A stretch of DNA of 64,000 nt from Pelagibacteraceae bacterium AG-470-G21. GTDB lineage: Bacteria > Pseudomonadota > Alphaproteobacteria > Pelagibacterales > Pelagibacteraceae. Position numbers and translations under genes: made by a program. The notes beneath the pieces are model-generated. The model ran no database searches. It was not told the DNA's origin and saw only the letters and a list, made by a program, of their open reading frames with translations. The first letter of the stretch is position 1, and every line of letters begins with the position of its first letter. Positions 41,416-52,036 of this stretch are shown in pieces. The stretch lies in contig QCSH01000004.1 in assembly GCA_003211555.1 (NCBI GenBank), positions 25,086-89,085 of the forward strand, read 5' to 3'.

Positions 41416-42203
41416 TTGGCCATTACAAAAATATTATTTCTATTAGCAAATTTAATTCCTTCTTGTTTATCTAAAAATATATTTTGACCTGCTTTTAAAA
41501 CAATTCCTTTAATATTTGCTTTTTTACATTCCTTAAGTGTATCTAGACCAATGGTAGGCAAATCTACACGTAAGTCTTGCATAGATTTGGGCATCTTTAA
41601 TAGTAGTTTATTCTTAAGATCGTTATTTCTAATAGATTTTAACATTTCGCTCGTTCCATTTCTTTTTTCAAGAGAAACAATCTTCTGATTATTTATAACT
41701 AATGCTTGGACATGATTAAATGAATTTGATTTATTTAATATTTGAATGCCTTTTTTAATAGTTAATTTGTCAGACATATTAGGTTTCAATTTTGTATAGC
41801 ATCCTTTGCTTAAAGTTAATTCTGGATTGTATCTATTTAATTTAATAACTTTTATTTTATTTTCTGATAAAATATTGATCAACTCTTTTAGTATAGCTGC
41901 ATCTCCTAATTTAGATGCCTTTATAATTCTAGGGATATAGTAAATACCTTTAAGATCTAATTTCAATTTAGAAATTCTAGGTTTAACAATATTTCCTGCG
42001 AATAATACTTTTTTACATTTTTTTGATTTAATTAATTCTAAAATTTTGCCAAATTTTCCAATATTGATGAAATAACTGCTTTTATATTTTTTGAATTTAT
42101 TTTTTTTTGATAAATCTATTATAAAGTATTTTATTTTCTTTTTATTTAAACTTTTTAAAATTTCTAATGGTAGTTTTTTTTCCCCTAAAAATAATCCGAT
42201 CAT
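41412..42203 (-). CDS. lpxI: UDP-2,3-diacylglucosamine diphosphatase LpxI
   Basis: GDAAIL, QDLRVDLPTIG; lies between lpxA and lpxB. Confidence 0.88.
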   Translation of the reverse strand: MIGLFLGEKKLPLEILKSLNKKKIKYFIIDLSKKNKFKKYKSSYFINIGKFGKILELIKSKKCKKVLFAGNIVKPRISKLKLDLKGIYYIPRIIKASKLGDAAILKELINILSENKIKVIKLNRYNPELTLSKGCYTKLKPNMSDKLTIKKGIQILNKSNSFNHVQALVINNQKIVSLEKRNGTSEMLKSIRNNDLKNKLLLKMPKSMQDLRVDLPTIGLDTLKECKKANIKGIVLKAGQNIFLDKQEGIKFANRNNIFVMAK

Positions 42204-42985
42204 TTAGTATTTTCAGGAAGGGATATTGGTCTTTTTTTATCAGAATTTATAAAATCAATTATGATTGTGACATACCTATTTTCTTTCATGTCTGAATTTA
42301 GATTTTCTATATTAGATCTAAAATTTTGATCACAAAAGACCTTGTTATAAAATTTTTGGAGTAATTTAATATTTTCATTTGAAATTTTTGCTCTTCTTAG
42401 TCCTATTAAATTTAACCCAACTAAATTATTTCTATTTCCTAATGACAATCCAAATGGAATTACATCACTTAAAACTCCTGTCATTCCTCCAACCATTGCT
42501 AGTTGTCCTATTCTTGAGAATTGATGAATAGCGCAACTTCCTCCGACTATTGCATAATCATCTATAGTGACGTGACCACCAACTTGTACATTATTTGCCA
42601 ATACTATATTATTACCTAGCTTACAGTCATGAGCAACATGGCAATAAACCATCAATAAATTGTTATTACCAAGCTTAGTAATTGTTCCTCCTTGAGTAGT
42701 GCCAGGATTTATATTCACATATTCTCTAAATTTATTGTTATCACCAATAATTATCGTGTTTTTTTCACCTTTATATTTTAAATCTTGTGGTGGTGTTCCA
42801 ATTGATACAAAAGGAAAAATTTCATTTTTTTTTCCAATTTTTGTATTTCCTCTAATACTCACATGTGAATGTAATTTTGAATTGGAGTCTATTTCTACGT
42901 CTGGTCCTATAACACAATATGGACCTATTTCGACATTTTCTGAAATTTTAGATTTTTTATCAATAATAGCTGTAGGATGTATCAC
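42200..42985 (-). CDS. lpxA: UDP-GlcNAc O-acyltransferase
   Basis: IHPTAII hexapeptide repeats, PQDLKY, HVAHDC, HQF. Confidence 0.96.
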   Translation of the reverse strand: MIHPTAIIDKKSKISENVEIGPYCVIGPDVEIDSNSKLHSHVSIRGNTKIGKKNEIFPFVSIGTPPQDLKYKGEKNTIIIGDNNKFREYVNINPGTTQGGTITKLGNNNLLMVYCHVAHDCKLGNNIVLANNVQVGGHVTIDDYAIVGGSCAIHQFSRIGQLAMVGGMTGVLSDVIPFGLSLGNRNNLVGLNLIGLRRAKISNENIKLLQKFYNKVFCDQNFRSNIENLNSDMKENRYVTIIIDFINSDKKRPISLPENTK

Positions 42986-43037
42986 GTTTTATTGATAACA
43001 AAAAATTAGTTAAATGCTTATCAAGAATTGCTACTGA

Positions 43038-43490
43038 TTATTTCTTTCTATCTACTATGGTAGCTGCCCATTGAGCATCAGCCATTTTTCTACCTTCAAC
43101 TAGCGCTTCACCTTTATATTTCCATACTCTTCCATGTGATCTTACAGCTTCTATATTAAGTTCTAATTTACAATCAGGTATAACAGGATTTCGAAATCTT
43201 GCTTTGTCTACTGTCATCAAAAAAACTAATTTATTCTCATAAGTACTTTTATCTATTCCAGCAGCAGTTAGAGCAGCTGCGGCTTGTCCAAATGCTTCTA
43301 CTATTAGTACTCCAGGCATAACAGGTTCACCTGGAAAATGACCTTGAACAAAAAAACTATCTTTTGTTACATTTACTATTGCGGTTGCAGATTTAAGTTT
43401 AATAATATTTGTCAACTCATCAATTAAAAGCATGGGCTCTCGATGTGGTAGTAAGTTTTTAATTTGTTCTTTATTAAGTTTATTTGACAT
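43038..43490 (-). CDS. fabZ: 3-hydroxyacyl-ACP dehydratase
   Basis: LPHREPMLLID, GHFPGEPVMPGVLIVEA. Confidence 0.96.
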   Translation of the reverse strand: MSNKLNKEQIKNLLPHREPMLLIDELTNIIKLKSATAIVNVTKDSFFVQGHFPGEPVMPGVLIVEAFGQAAAALTAAGIDKSTYENKLVFLMTVDKARFRNPVIPDCKLELNIEAVRSHGRVWKYKGEALVEGRKMADAQWAATIVDRKK

Positions 43491-44473
43491 TTAATTTTTT
43501 TTATTGTCTTTTAGAAAATCTCTTAAATCTTTAGCAGGATAGCCCATGACTTTTGAATTATCTGGTATATCTTTTATAACTCCACTACCTCCTCCAATTT
43601 GTACATTATTACCAATTTTTAAATGACCAGAAATACCAGATTGTCCACCAATTTGCACTTTTTCTCCTATACTTGAGCTACCCGCAAAACCAACTTGAGC
43701 GGTTATGATACAGTTTTTACCAATTTTTACATTATGTGCGATATGAACTTGATTATCAATAAATGTATTTTCTCCAATAAAAGTATTAGATAAAGAACCT
43801 CTATCTATAGTATTATTACAACCAATTTCTACGTTATCACTTATTATAACAATTCCGATATGGGGATATCTTATATTTTTTTTTTTGTCAGGAAAAAAAC
43901 CAAAACCTTTTTTTCCAATAATTGAACCATCTAATATTCTTACATTTTTTCCTAAAATTGAGTTTTTAATTAGTACATTATTTCCAATTATACAATTTTG
44001 ACCAATTATTACATTTGACTCAATAATTGAGTTATGACCTATAATTGTTTTATTTCCTATTTTAACTTTTTTTCCTATAAGAACGTTTTTTCCAAATTTA
44101 ATATTTTTATACTTGATTTTGCTAGGTTTATTTACAGAAAAATCAGTGCTGTCGTTTAAAGAATCTGGATAAAAAAATTTTGTCAGTTGAGAGACAGCTA
44201 TTAAAACATTGCTAACGATTATTGGATTGCTATACTTTTTTACAATTTTAGCATGCTTTTTAAGAACAATTACATGGCCCGCTTTAGTATTTTTTAATAA
44301 ATTTATGTACCTTAAAGAATTAAAAAAAGAAATATCATTTTTATTTGCAACATTTAAATCAGTAATATTATTAATTTTAATATTTTTATAAATTCTATCT
44401 ATTCCTAATAAATTTAATATATTAGAAAGATATAGATATTTTTTTTTCTTAAAAAAAGATTTTTAGTCGACAT
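43491..44473 (-). CDS. lpxD: UDP-3-O-acylglucosamine N-acyltransferase LpxD (absent from the ORF track; frameshift near the start)
   Basis: Open frame 43491-44462 encodes NDISFF, hexapeptide repeats, GFGFF, IDRGS, DNQVHIAHNVKIG, VMGYPA. ATG at 44473 joins this frame if one base is added in the homopolymers at 44439-44464. Confidence 0.92.
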
Positions 44474-44987
44474 TAGAATTTTTTATATTTTTTGTTTTTT
44501 CATTAAAAATCTCAAGTATATTTTTTGTTATATCAAGTGATTTGACTCCAACTAAGACATTTTTTTTTTCAATTACCAAATTTATATTTTTGCTCTCAAC
44601 ATATTTTGTTAACAAAGGATTTAATATTAATAAAATTTCTTTACTAAATTTTTTTTTTTCATTTGATAGTTTTTTATTAAAATCATTTCTAAGTAATTGA
44701 TATTGCTTTACCATTGAATTTATTTCATCTATCTTTTTTTTTATTTCATCTTGGTTTAATAAATTTTTTTGATTTTTAAATTCATCTTCTTTTTTTTTGA
44801 TTTCGTTTTCTTTCAATATAATAATCGAATTATTTTTTGTTTGTACTTTTTCAATTTCAGATCTGTAAAATTTCCCTAAATTTGAATTATCAATGATAAA
44901 TTGAACATCTAGATAGGCTACATTTGTTGATGCGTTTACAATATTATTTATAAAAAAAATTATTATGAATAAAATAGTTTTTTTCAT
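44463..44987 (-). CDS. skp: OmpH/Skp periplasmic chaperone
   Basis: Start reassigned to ATG 44987 (MKKTILFII signal). VAYLDV, coiled coil, DITKNIL; bamA-skp-lpxD synteny. Confidence 0.85.
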   Translation of the reverse strand: MKKTILFIIIFFINNIVNASTNVAYLDVQFIIDNSNLGKFYRSEIEKVQTKNNSIIILKENEIKKKEDEFKNQKNLLNQDEIKKKIDEINSMVKQYQLLRNDFNKKLSNEKKKFSKEILLILNPLLTKYVESKNINLVIEKKNVLVGVKSLDITKNILEIFNEKTKNIKNSNVD

Positions 44988-47233
44988 TAAAAAGATGTTC
45001 CAATTTGAAATCTTATTTTTTCTGTGATATCTGTGTCCGCTTCGCTTAAAGGGATAGCATAAGAAAGAGTAAATGGACCAATCGGACTGAACCAATTTAA
45101 TGCAAATCCAGTGGAGGATCTTATTTTATTTGAATCCAAGCTGTCATTATAATCTACCTCCCAAACATTTGCAAAATCTAAGAAAAAATTAAAATCCACG
45201 TCTTCGTTTTCAAAAAAAATATTTGGCATAGTTGAATTAAAATTCAAAGAAGATGCATAATTACCTCCTATAAATTGACTTCCATCTTTTGGTCCTATTT
45301 TTCCGCTTTCAAATCCCCTTAAACGTCTACTAGGAACATAAACTCTTTTTGAAACTCTTACATTGTCATCTAAAGAATTTATTGCCTGCATATATAAATT
45401 TGCTGATAAAATAAGATTGTTACCAATTGTATGATATCCAGAACTTGTAAATGTATTTTCAATTGATAAATCATCTGAATAAATTGGAAGTGTTTGTGAA
45501 AAATAGTTAATATAACCATCTGTCGGTTGAAAATTTTGATCTAGCCTATTATATTTAAGTGAATAAGTTAAAAGATTTTCAAAATAACTACCCTCTTGTT
45601 TTTTAACAATGTCAGTTGCTGTTGATGAAGTTTCCAAATCTTCATAATAATTTGATATTTCAAAATTAACAAAAAAATTATTAAATTGTTCGAATTCTGT
45701 TCCAAGAGTTAATCCTGTTCTACTGGTTTTGTACCCACTGGTGGTCATAAAATCATCGGATGAACTTTCAATAACTGTATTTATTGATTTATCAGAATTT
45801 TTATAATTTGGATTTAACACTGAAAATCTCCCTTTTATAGAGTCATCTGTAATTATTAGATTGGTATCCAATTTTATACCTAAACCCAAATAATTATTTT
45901 CTTTAATTCCACCAGTTATTGAGGAGCCTGTCGTTCCAGTCCCAGCACCAGCAAAAATTTCACCAGTTGCTTTTTCTTCAACTTTAATATCTACAACTTT
46001 CCTTATATTTTCAGTATCTTTAATATAATAATCAACATTTTTAAAAAGATTTTTTGATTTTATATCTTGGATCGACTTCTCAAATAGAATTTGGTTGAAT
46101 GGATCACCTTCATCAACAATCAACATATTTCTAATAACCTTTTCATCAGTTATAAAGTTACCTAATATATTTATTCTATCGATATAAGTTTTGTTAATAT
46201 CTTCAAAATTGATATTTACATCAATTAGATTATTATTTTTAATAATTTCATTATATGTTGCATTAATAAAGATAAAATCATTATTCAGTGCATATTCATT
46301 AAGATCATTAATTAAATTTTCAATCTTTGTTTTAGAATATTTTTCACCAAGCAAATTATCGAATCTTTTTTCAAATAATTCTAGATTATCTACTTTAATA
46401 TTATTTGTTTCTTTTATTTGTATATTATCAAAATAAAATTTATTACCAGAATTAATATTAAAAATCAGTTCAAATTGGTTTTCATTATTAATAATTGCAA
46501 AAGTAGATTTAATTTTTACACCGTAAAAGCCTCTATTTTTATAAAATTCCTCTAATTTTATTCTATCAATTTTTATTCTATTGGAATCTAGGTATTTATT
46601 TTTTGTCAAAAACTTCCAGAACTTGGATTCCTCAGAAATGATAATATTTCTTAGCGTGCCATCACTATATACTTTTTCACCTATAAATTTTATTTTTTTA
46701 ATTTTTGCTATTTCACCTAAATCAAAATTATATATCAAATCTACAGTATTATTTTTATTCATTAAATATGATGTTTCTAATTTTACAAAATAATAACCAT
46801 ATGATTTTAAAATATTTTTTAACAAAATTACTTGATCGTTAATTTTATTTTCAATTAAAGGATACTTGTTTAATTTAGAAGTAACTTCGTCAATAACTTC
46901 TCTCAATTTATTTTCTTTTACACCATTTATTATAATTTTTTGAATAATGGGATTTTCAACAACAATTATCTTAACAATGTTATTGTCATATGAAATTGTT
47001 ACATTTTCAAAATAGTCAGTATAATATAATTCCTTAAGAGCTTTATTTAATTGATTTTGATTGATACTGCTTCCAATTTCTAAATTAGAAAACATTAATA
47101 TAGTCTCGTCAGATATTCTTTTATTTCCAGCTATTTCAAATTTTTTTACAACATCTCCATAGGAATGATTAATAAAAAAAAAATATAAAATAAAATAATA
47201 TAAAATTTTTTTAAAAATATGCATTTTATTCAT
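44987..47233 (-). CDS. bamA: Outer membrane protein assembly factor BamA
   Basis: POTRA repeats (GNKRI), LRGFE, SPIGP, C-terminal Phe. Confidence 0.95.
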   Translation of the reverse strand: MNKMHIFKKILYYFILYFFFINHSYGDVVKKFEIAGNKRISDETILMFSNLEIGSSINQNQLNKALKELYYTDYFENVTISYDNNIVKIIVVENPIIQKIIINGVKENKLREVIDEVTSKLNKYPLIENKINDQVILLKNILKSYGYYFVKLETSYLMNKNNTVDLIYNFDLGEIAKIKKIKFIGEKVYSDGTLRNIIISEESKFWKFLTKNKYLDSNRIKIDRIKLEEFYKNRGFYGVKIKSTFAIINNENQFELIFNINSGNKFYFDNIQIKETNNIKVDNLELFEKRFDNLLGEKYSKTKIENLINDLNEYALNNDFIFINATYNEIIKNNNLIDVNINFEDINKTYIDRINILGNFITDEKVIRNMLIVDEGDPFNQILFEKSIQDIKSKNLFKNVDYYIKDTENIRKVVDIKVEEKATGEIFAGAGTGTTGSSITGGIKENNYLGLGIKLDTNLIITDDSIKGRFSVLNPNYKNSDKSINTVIESSSDDFMTTSGYKTSRTGLTLGTEFEQFNNFFVNFEISNYYEDLETSSTATDIVKKQEGSYFENLLTYSLKYNRLDQNFQPTDGYINYFSQTLPIYSDDLSIENTFTSSGYHTIGNNLILSANLYMQAINSLDDNVRVSKRVYVPSRRLRGFESGKIGPKDGSQFIGGNYASSLNFNSTMPNIFFENEDVDFNFFLDFANVWEVDYNDSLDSNKIRSSTGFALNWFSPIGPFTLSYAIPLSEADTDITEKIRFQIGTSF

Positions 47234-48398
47234 TGTAATATTTTAAATTCAAATTTAGATAATTATTAGTTTTCGTAATCATTTTTTTTATATCATATAT
47301 ATTTTTTGGTTTTAATTTATAATATTTCTTTAAATAAGTACTTTCTATTAGATTTAATAAATTTTTTTGTATAGAAATATAATTAATTTCACCTTTTAAA
47401 TATTTTTCAACTAATGAGTCATTTAGTGTTATTAATATTGTTTCAAAATATGTATCATTTTTAGGGATTTTGTTGATTATTGAAAGTATAGGAAATTTTT
47501 TATAATTAGGTTTTATAAATTTCATATTATTTAATTTTTTTAAATTAAATTCTGTTTTTTTTTGATCTGAAATATAATTAATATTTAATGCATTAGAAAT
47601 TGGAATGATCATGTTAGCCTCATGAGCTAATATTTTAATCAAATTATTTTTAAAAATGACAATAGCGTGGATATATGATGTTGGATGAATTAAAATTGAT
47701 ATATTTTTGACACTAAGATCAAAAATTTTTTTCGCCTCGATCAATTCAAATACTTTGTTCATCATATTTGATGAGTCTATTGATATTTTTTTTCCCATTT
47801 TCCATGTTGGATGGTTTAAAGCTTTCTTTGGAGATATATTTCTTATGTCTTTTAATGATTTGTTTAAAAAAGGTCCTCCAGATGCTGTCAATATAACTTT
47901 TTTAATTTCTTTTTTTGGCTCATCTTGTATCAATTTCCAAATCGAAAAATGCTCAGAGTCAATAGGAATAAATTTTGTATTATATTTTTTGAGTTTATAA
48001 TGAATAAACTTCCACCCACAAATAATAGACTCTTTATTAGCAATTAAAAAATTTTCAGTATAAGGTATGATGTTTAATGATGGCTCTAAGCCCTCTATAC
48101 CTGATATAGCATTAATTGTGTATGAAATTTTTCTACGTAAAATTTTTTTTATGTTATGTAAACCTAGATATAGTTTAATATTATTTTTTTCAAATAATGA
48201 TTTATAATTCTTATATTTTATCTCGTTTGTTATTATTACGTTTTTGACTTTGAATTGAATAGCTTGTTTAAAAATTTTGTTTGCATTTTTATTTGTAGTT
48301 AGCAATTTTACTTTAAATTTTTTATCTTTTTTTAAAGCTTTAAGTGCAGATTTTCCAATTGATCCTGTAGATCCTAAAATTGCTATACTAAAAGTCAT
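47226..48398 (-). CDS. dxr: 1-deoxy-D-xylulose-5-phosphate reductoisomerase
   Basis: LGSTGSIG, ANKES, PIDSEH, TASGGPF, HPTWKMG. Confidence 0.96.
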   Translation of the reverse strand: MTFSIAILGSTGSIGKSALKALKKDKKFKVKLLTTNKNANKIFKQAIQFKVKNVIITNEIKYKNYKSLFEKNNIKLYLGLHNIKKILRRKISYTINAISGIEGLEPSLNIIPYTENFLIANKESIICGWKFIHYKLKKYNTKFIPIDSEHFSIWKLIQDEPKKEIKKVILTASGGPFLNKSLKDIRNISPKKALNHPTWKMGKKISIDSSNMMNKVFELIEAKKIFDLSVKNISILIHPTSYIHAIVIFKNNLIKILAHEANMIIPISNALNINYISDQKKTEFNLKKLNNMKFIKPNYKKFPILSIINKIPKNDTYFETILITLNDSLVEKYLKGEINYISIQKNLLNLIESTYLKKYYKLKPKNIYDIKKMITKTNNYLNLNLKYYNE

Positions 48399-49038
48399 AA
48401 AATTTAAATAAAATCAAACCTGTTGGTATAGCTAAAATTAGTCCATCGAAACGATCAAGTAATCCTCCATGACCAGGTAAAATGTTACCGGTATCTTTTA
48501 TATTAACATTTCGTTTTAAATAGGAAATTAATAAGTCACCAATCTGCGATGATGTAGATATAATTATTGTGAAAAGCATCAAGTCTGTAAAATTTAAATA
48601 ATTTTTAAATAAGAAATATGTGGTCACAAAAGAAAAGACGTATGAGCCAATCATTCCTGAATAAGTTTTCTTTGGACTTATTTTTGAGAGTTTTTTGCCT
48701 TTAAATATTTTTCCAATTACAAATCCACCTATGTCTGATGAAATTGTTATACTCACAATTAAGAAAAAGATTAATTTTGTATCATTATTATCACCTAAAA
48801 TAGTACTCCATACAAAAATTATTATATAACTTAGTGTAATCAATATAAATAACATCGATATGTACGTATTAAACTTATTTTGTTGAAAGATTTTATTCAA
48901 AATAAAGTAAAATTCAGAAATAATTTGATAAAAGCATAATGCTAAAAAAACAGTTAGAGCAATTTGACTATAAATACATAAAAAAAATATTATTAATAAT
49001 AAAATTGAAGTAAAAAACCTTTTTTTTATTTCAGTCAT
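48388..49038 (-). CDS. cdsA: Phosphatidate cytidylyltransferase
   Basis: ISPKKT, KDTGNILPGHGGLLDRFD. Confidence 0.95.
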   Translation of the reverse strand: MTEIKKRFFTSILLLIIFFLCIYSQIALTVFLALCFYQIISEFYFILNKIFQQNKFNTYISMLFILITLSYIIIFVWSTILGDNNDTKLIFFLIVSITISSDIGGFVIGKIFKGKKLSKISPKKTYSGMIGSYVFSFVTTYFLFKNYLNFTDLMLFTIIISTSSQIGDLLISYLKRNVNIKDTGNILPGHGGLLDRFDGLILAIPTGLILFKFYDF

Positions 49039-49714
49039 TTAAGCCACCAAAGTTTCTATTAATTTCTTTAAAATTATCAATAATCTTAAAAAAATCTTTT
49101 GCAGTAAATTCGGGCCACATTTTTTTAATAAAAAAAATTTCGGTATACACTAATTGCCAAACTAAAAAGTTGCTAATTCTATTTGTATTTCCTGTTCTAA
49201 TTAGTATTTCTGGATCAGGTATATTTTTAGTATATAAATTTTCGCTAATATTTTTTTCATTTATTTTGATAGCTTTCCTCTTTAGCTTGTTAACAGCATT
49301 AATAATTTCATTTCTTGCACCATAATTTAATGCCATATTGATTTGGATTTTATTATTTGTTTTAGTATATTTTTGTAATTTTTTAATTTTTGATTTTAAA
49401 TTTTCTGGAAATGGATTAATATTTCCAATTATCTTAATTTTAATGTTTTTTTTTTTTAATTGGTCAATTTCGCTGTCGATGTAATTATTGAGTAATTTAA
49501 ATAAGTATTTAATTTCATTAGCTGGCCTTTTCCAATTTTCTGTTGAAAATACAAAAAGAGTTAAATATTTTATTTTTTTTTTTATTGCTGCTTCTATAAT
49601 TTTTTCTACTACTAGGATTCCTTTTTTATGACCATAGTTTCTTGAATTTTTTTTTTTTATTCCCCACCTTCCATTACCATCCATTATTATGGCCACGTGT
49701 ATTGGATGGTTCAT
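49031..49714 (-). CDS. uppS: Undecaprenyl diphosphate synthase
   Basis: HVAIIMDGNGRW, FSTENWKR, RISNF. Confidence 0.96.
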   Translation of the reverse strand: MNHPIHVAIIMDGNGRWGIKKKNSRNYGHKKGILVVEKIIEAAIKKKIKYLTLFVFSTENWKRPANEIKYLFKLLNNYIDSEIDQLKKKNIKIKIIGNINPFPENLKSKIKKLQKYTKTNNKIQINMALNYGARNEIINAVNKLKRKAIKINEKNISENLYTKNIPDPEILIRTGNTNRISNFLVWQLVYTEIFFIKKMWPEFTAKDFFKIIDNFKEINRNFGGLND

Positions 49715-50262
49715 ATTTTCATTATTTCTTCTTCTTTTGATATCACTTTTGCATCAATAATCTTAATATTATTATCAGTAATATCTTGAATTATTTTTTC
49801 ATTTTTATTTTCATCATCTTCAGAAATTTCCTTTGACTTTAAAAGTTTTTTTAAGTTATCGTTTGCCTCACGTCTTATATTTCTAATTGAAACTTTGCAT
49901 TTCTCACCCATTGATTTAATAATTTTTTTCATTTCTATTCTTCTTTCTTCACTCAAATCTGGAATAGGTAACCTTATTAATTGACCATCAATTTGAGGAT
50001 TAAGTCCAAGTTCTGATTTTTTTAATGCGGAGTCAATTAAAGATACGTTATTAATATCCCAAACTTGTATATTTATCGATCTTGGCTCTGGTGTTGTAAT
50101 AGTTCCAAGTTGATTTATTGGAATTTTTTGTCCATAGACATCTACTTTTACCAAATCTAGCATGTTAGAATTTGCTCTACCCGTTCTAAGTGAGCTTAAT
50201 TCTTTTATAAAAACATCAATTGTTTTTGACATTTTTACTTTATAAGTTTCATTATTAAACAT
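49711..50262 (-). CDS. frr: Ribosome recycling factor
   Basis: LRTGRA, LGLNP, RNIRR. Confidence 0.96.
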   Translation of the reverse strand: MFNNETYKVKMSKTIDVFIKELSSLRTGRANSNMLDLVKVDVYGQKIPINQLGTITTPEPRSINIQVWDINNVSLIDSALKKSELGLNPQIDGQLIRLPIPDLSEERRIEMKKIIKSMGEKCKVSIRNIRREANDNLKKLLKSKEISEDDENKNEKIIQDITDNNIKIIDAKVISKEEEIMKI

Positions 50263-51113
50263 TAATCACCAATTTTAATTCTGGCAAATTCCTTGATTTT
50301 TAGATTTGCGATATTCGTTTCGGCTAATATTTCCTTAACTTTTTTCTTTGGTTCCATTACCCAATCTTGGGTGATCAAAGCGTTTTCTTCTTTAAATTTA
50401 TTTATTTTGCCTATACTGATTTTTTTTATTATCTCATCTGTTTTACCTGAATTTTTTAACTCTTCGAATATTAAATCATTTTCTTTTGATAAAATATTCT
50501 GATCTATATCTTCAGAATAAATCGAAATTGGATTTGATGCCGCTATATGCATTGATAGGTGTTTACCAAATATGTTTATCTCATCATTTTCCTGATCAGT
50601 CTCAATTGAAACGACAACGCCTAGTTTTGATACGTTATCTTGTATTATTGAATGTTGATATATAAAATTTTGAGTATTTAAGTTTTGGATTGTTTTAGTT
50701 TTTCCAATTGTAATTTTTTCACCAATCTTAGCGATTAAAGATAAAAGATTATCATCAACTGATTTACCATTTTTCATGTTAGAGTTTTTCAATTTAGTTA
50801 AATCTGATGAGCAAATATTATTTATTTCACTTACCTCTTTAACAAAATTAAGAAAATACATATTCTTTGCAACAAAATCAGTCTCACAATTAATCTCGAT
50901 TAAAGACGTCTTATATTTGTCACCACTTATAACAACTACACCTTCTTTGGCCTCTCGTGACATTTTTTTTGAAGCTTTGGTAATTCCTCTTATTCTCAGG
51001 ATTTCTGCTGCTTTATCTATATCTCCAATTGCTTCTTTTAATGCTGAGTTACAATCCTTAAATCCAGCACCTGTAGATTGACGTAAACGTTTGATTTTTT
51101 CAATTTCACTCAT
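50262..51113 (-). CDS. tsf: Elongation factor Ts
   Basis: [21 protein letters not shown]. Confidence 0.96.
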   Translation of the reverse strand: MSEIEKIKRLRQSTGAGFKDCNSALKEAIGDIDKAAEILRIRGITKASKKMSREAKEGVVVISGDKYKTSLIEINCETDFVAKNMYFLNFVKEVSEINNICSSDLTKLKNSNMKNGKSVDDNLLSLIAKIGEKITIGKTKTIQNLNTQNFIYQHSIIQDNVSKLGVVVSIETDQENDEINIFGKHLSMHIAASNPISIYSEDIDQNILSKENDLIFEELKNSGKTDEIIKKISIGKINKFKEENALITQDWVMEPKKKVKEILAETNIANLKIKEFARIKIGD

Positions 51114-51132
51114 CTTTACTAATATTATATTT

Positions 51133-51912
51133 TTAATTTAATTTTTTATTCAATATTTTAAGGTTAGTATCACTATTAATATCTTTGCTTTTCTCATTTT
51201 GCTTGGAAGTATCTTGATCTTCAATGGAGTTGGTCTTTGCATCATTAATTGTATCTTTTAATAAGCTACAATATAGATCAATAGATCTTCTAGCATCATC
51301 ATTGCCTGGTATTGGAAAATCTATTCCATCTGGGTTAGAATTAGTATCTAGTATTGCAATTATAGGAATTCCTAATTTCATTGACTCTTTAATAGCAAGT
51401 GACTCATAATTTGTATCAATTATGAAAACTAAATCTGGAATTTTTTTCATATCCATAATGCCTCCGAGTGACCTTTGTAATTTGTCTCTTTGACCACTCA
51501 TTTTAAGTAATTCTTTTTTTGTAAAACCTCTATTTTCAGACGATAAATCAGATTTAATTTTATTTAATTTTTTTATAGAATTAGAGATTGTTCCCCAATT
51601 TGTTAGCATGCCACCAAGCCATCTATAATTTACAAAATATTGATCTGTATCTTTTGCTAATTGAGCAACAGCTTCGGCAGCTTGCTTTTTTGTTGATATA
51701 AATAATATCTTACCACTTGAAGAGATAGTGTTGTGGACTTTTTCTAGAGCAACATTTGTCAACTCTAATGTTTGAGTTAGATCTATTATATGAATTGAGT
51801 CTCTTTTACCAAAAATATATTTTTTCATTTTTGGGTTCCATCTTAGTGTCTTATGACCTAAGTGGACACCAGCTTCTAGTAATTGTTCTATTGTAACTTT
51901 AGGTATTTTCAT
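51133..51912 (-). CDS. rpsB: 30S ribosomal protein S2
   Basis: [25 protein letters not shown]. Confidence 0.98.
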   Translation of the reverse strand: MKIPKVTIEQLLEAGVHLGHKTLRWNPKMKKYIFGKRDSIHIIDLTQTLELTNVALEKVHNTISSSGKILFISTKKQAAEAVAQLAKDTDQYFVNYRWLGGMLTNWGTISNSIKKLNKIKSDLSSENRGFTKKELLKMSGQRDKLQRSLGGIMDMKKIPDLVFIIDTNYESLAIKESMKLGIPIIAILDTNSNPDGIDFPIPGNDDARRSIDLYCSLLKDTINDAKTNSIEDQDTSKQNEKSKDINSDTNLKILNKKLN

Positions 51913-51919
51913 ATCTATT

Positions 51920-51990
51920 CCCGGTTATGCCACCACAATTATTGCCCTAAAGGGACCGGAGGTTTAAAACCACTAATTGTGTGCGTGTTA
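51920..51990 (-). ncRNA. rpsB 5' leader (t44/S2 autoregulatory-type cis element)
   Basis: GC-rich island in an AT-rich genome. Outer stem CACAATTA/TAATTGTG encloses hairpins GGTTTTAAACC and CCCTTTAGGG. It ends GTGGTGGCATAACC, like the conserved 3' part of proteobacterial rpsB leaders. Confidence 0.75.
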
Positions 51991-52036
51991 ATTTCCAAGC
52001 AAAATACAAATTAATAATAAAAAAACAACCTTTTTT

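Noticed and set aside
42992-43024. TTGATAA...TTATCAA inverted repeat between fabZ and lpxA
   Set aside because: Short, AT-only stem with a long loop; not distinguishable from chance.
10231-44473. Pseudogene calls for valS, tpiA, lpxB and lpxD
   Set aside because: Single homopolymer indels with intact catalytic motifs on both sides, in essential genes.
44988-45095. N-terminal extension of skp in the ORF track
   Set aside because: Overlaps the bamA 3' end; the signal peptide begins at ATG 44987 (TAATG coupling).
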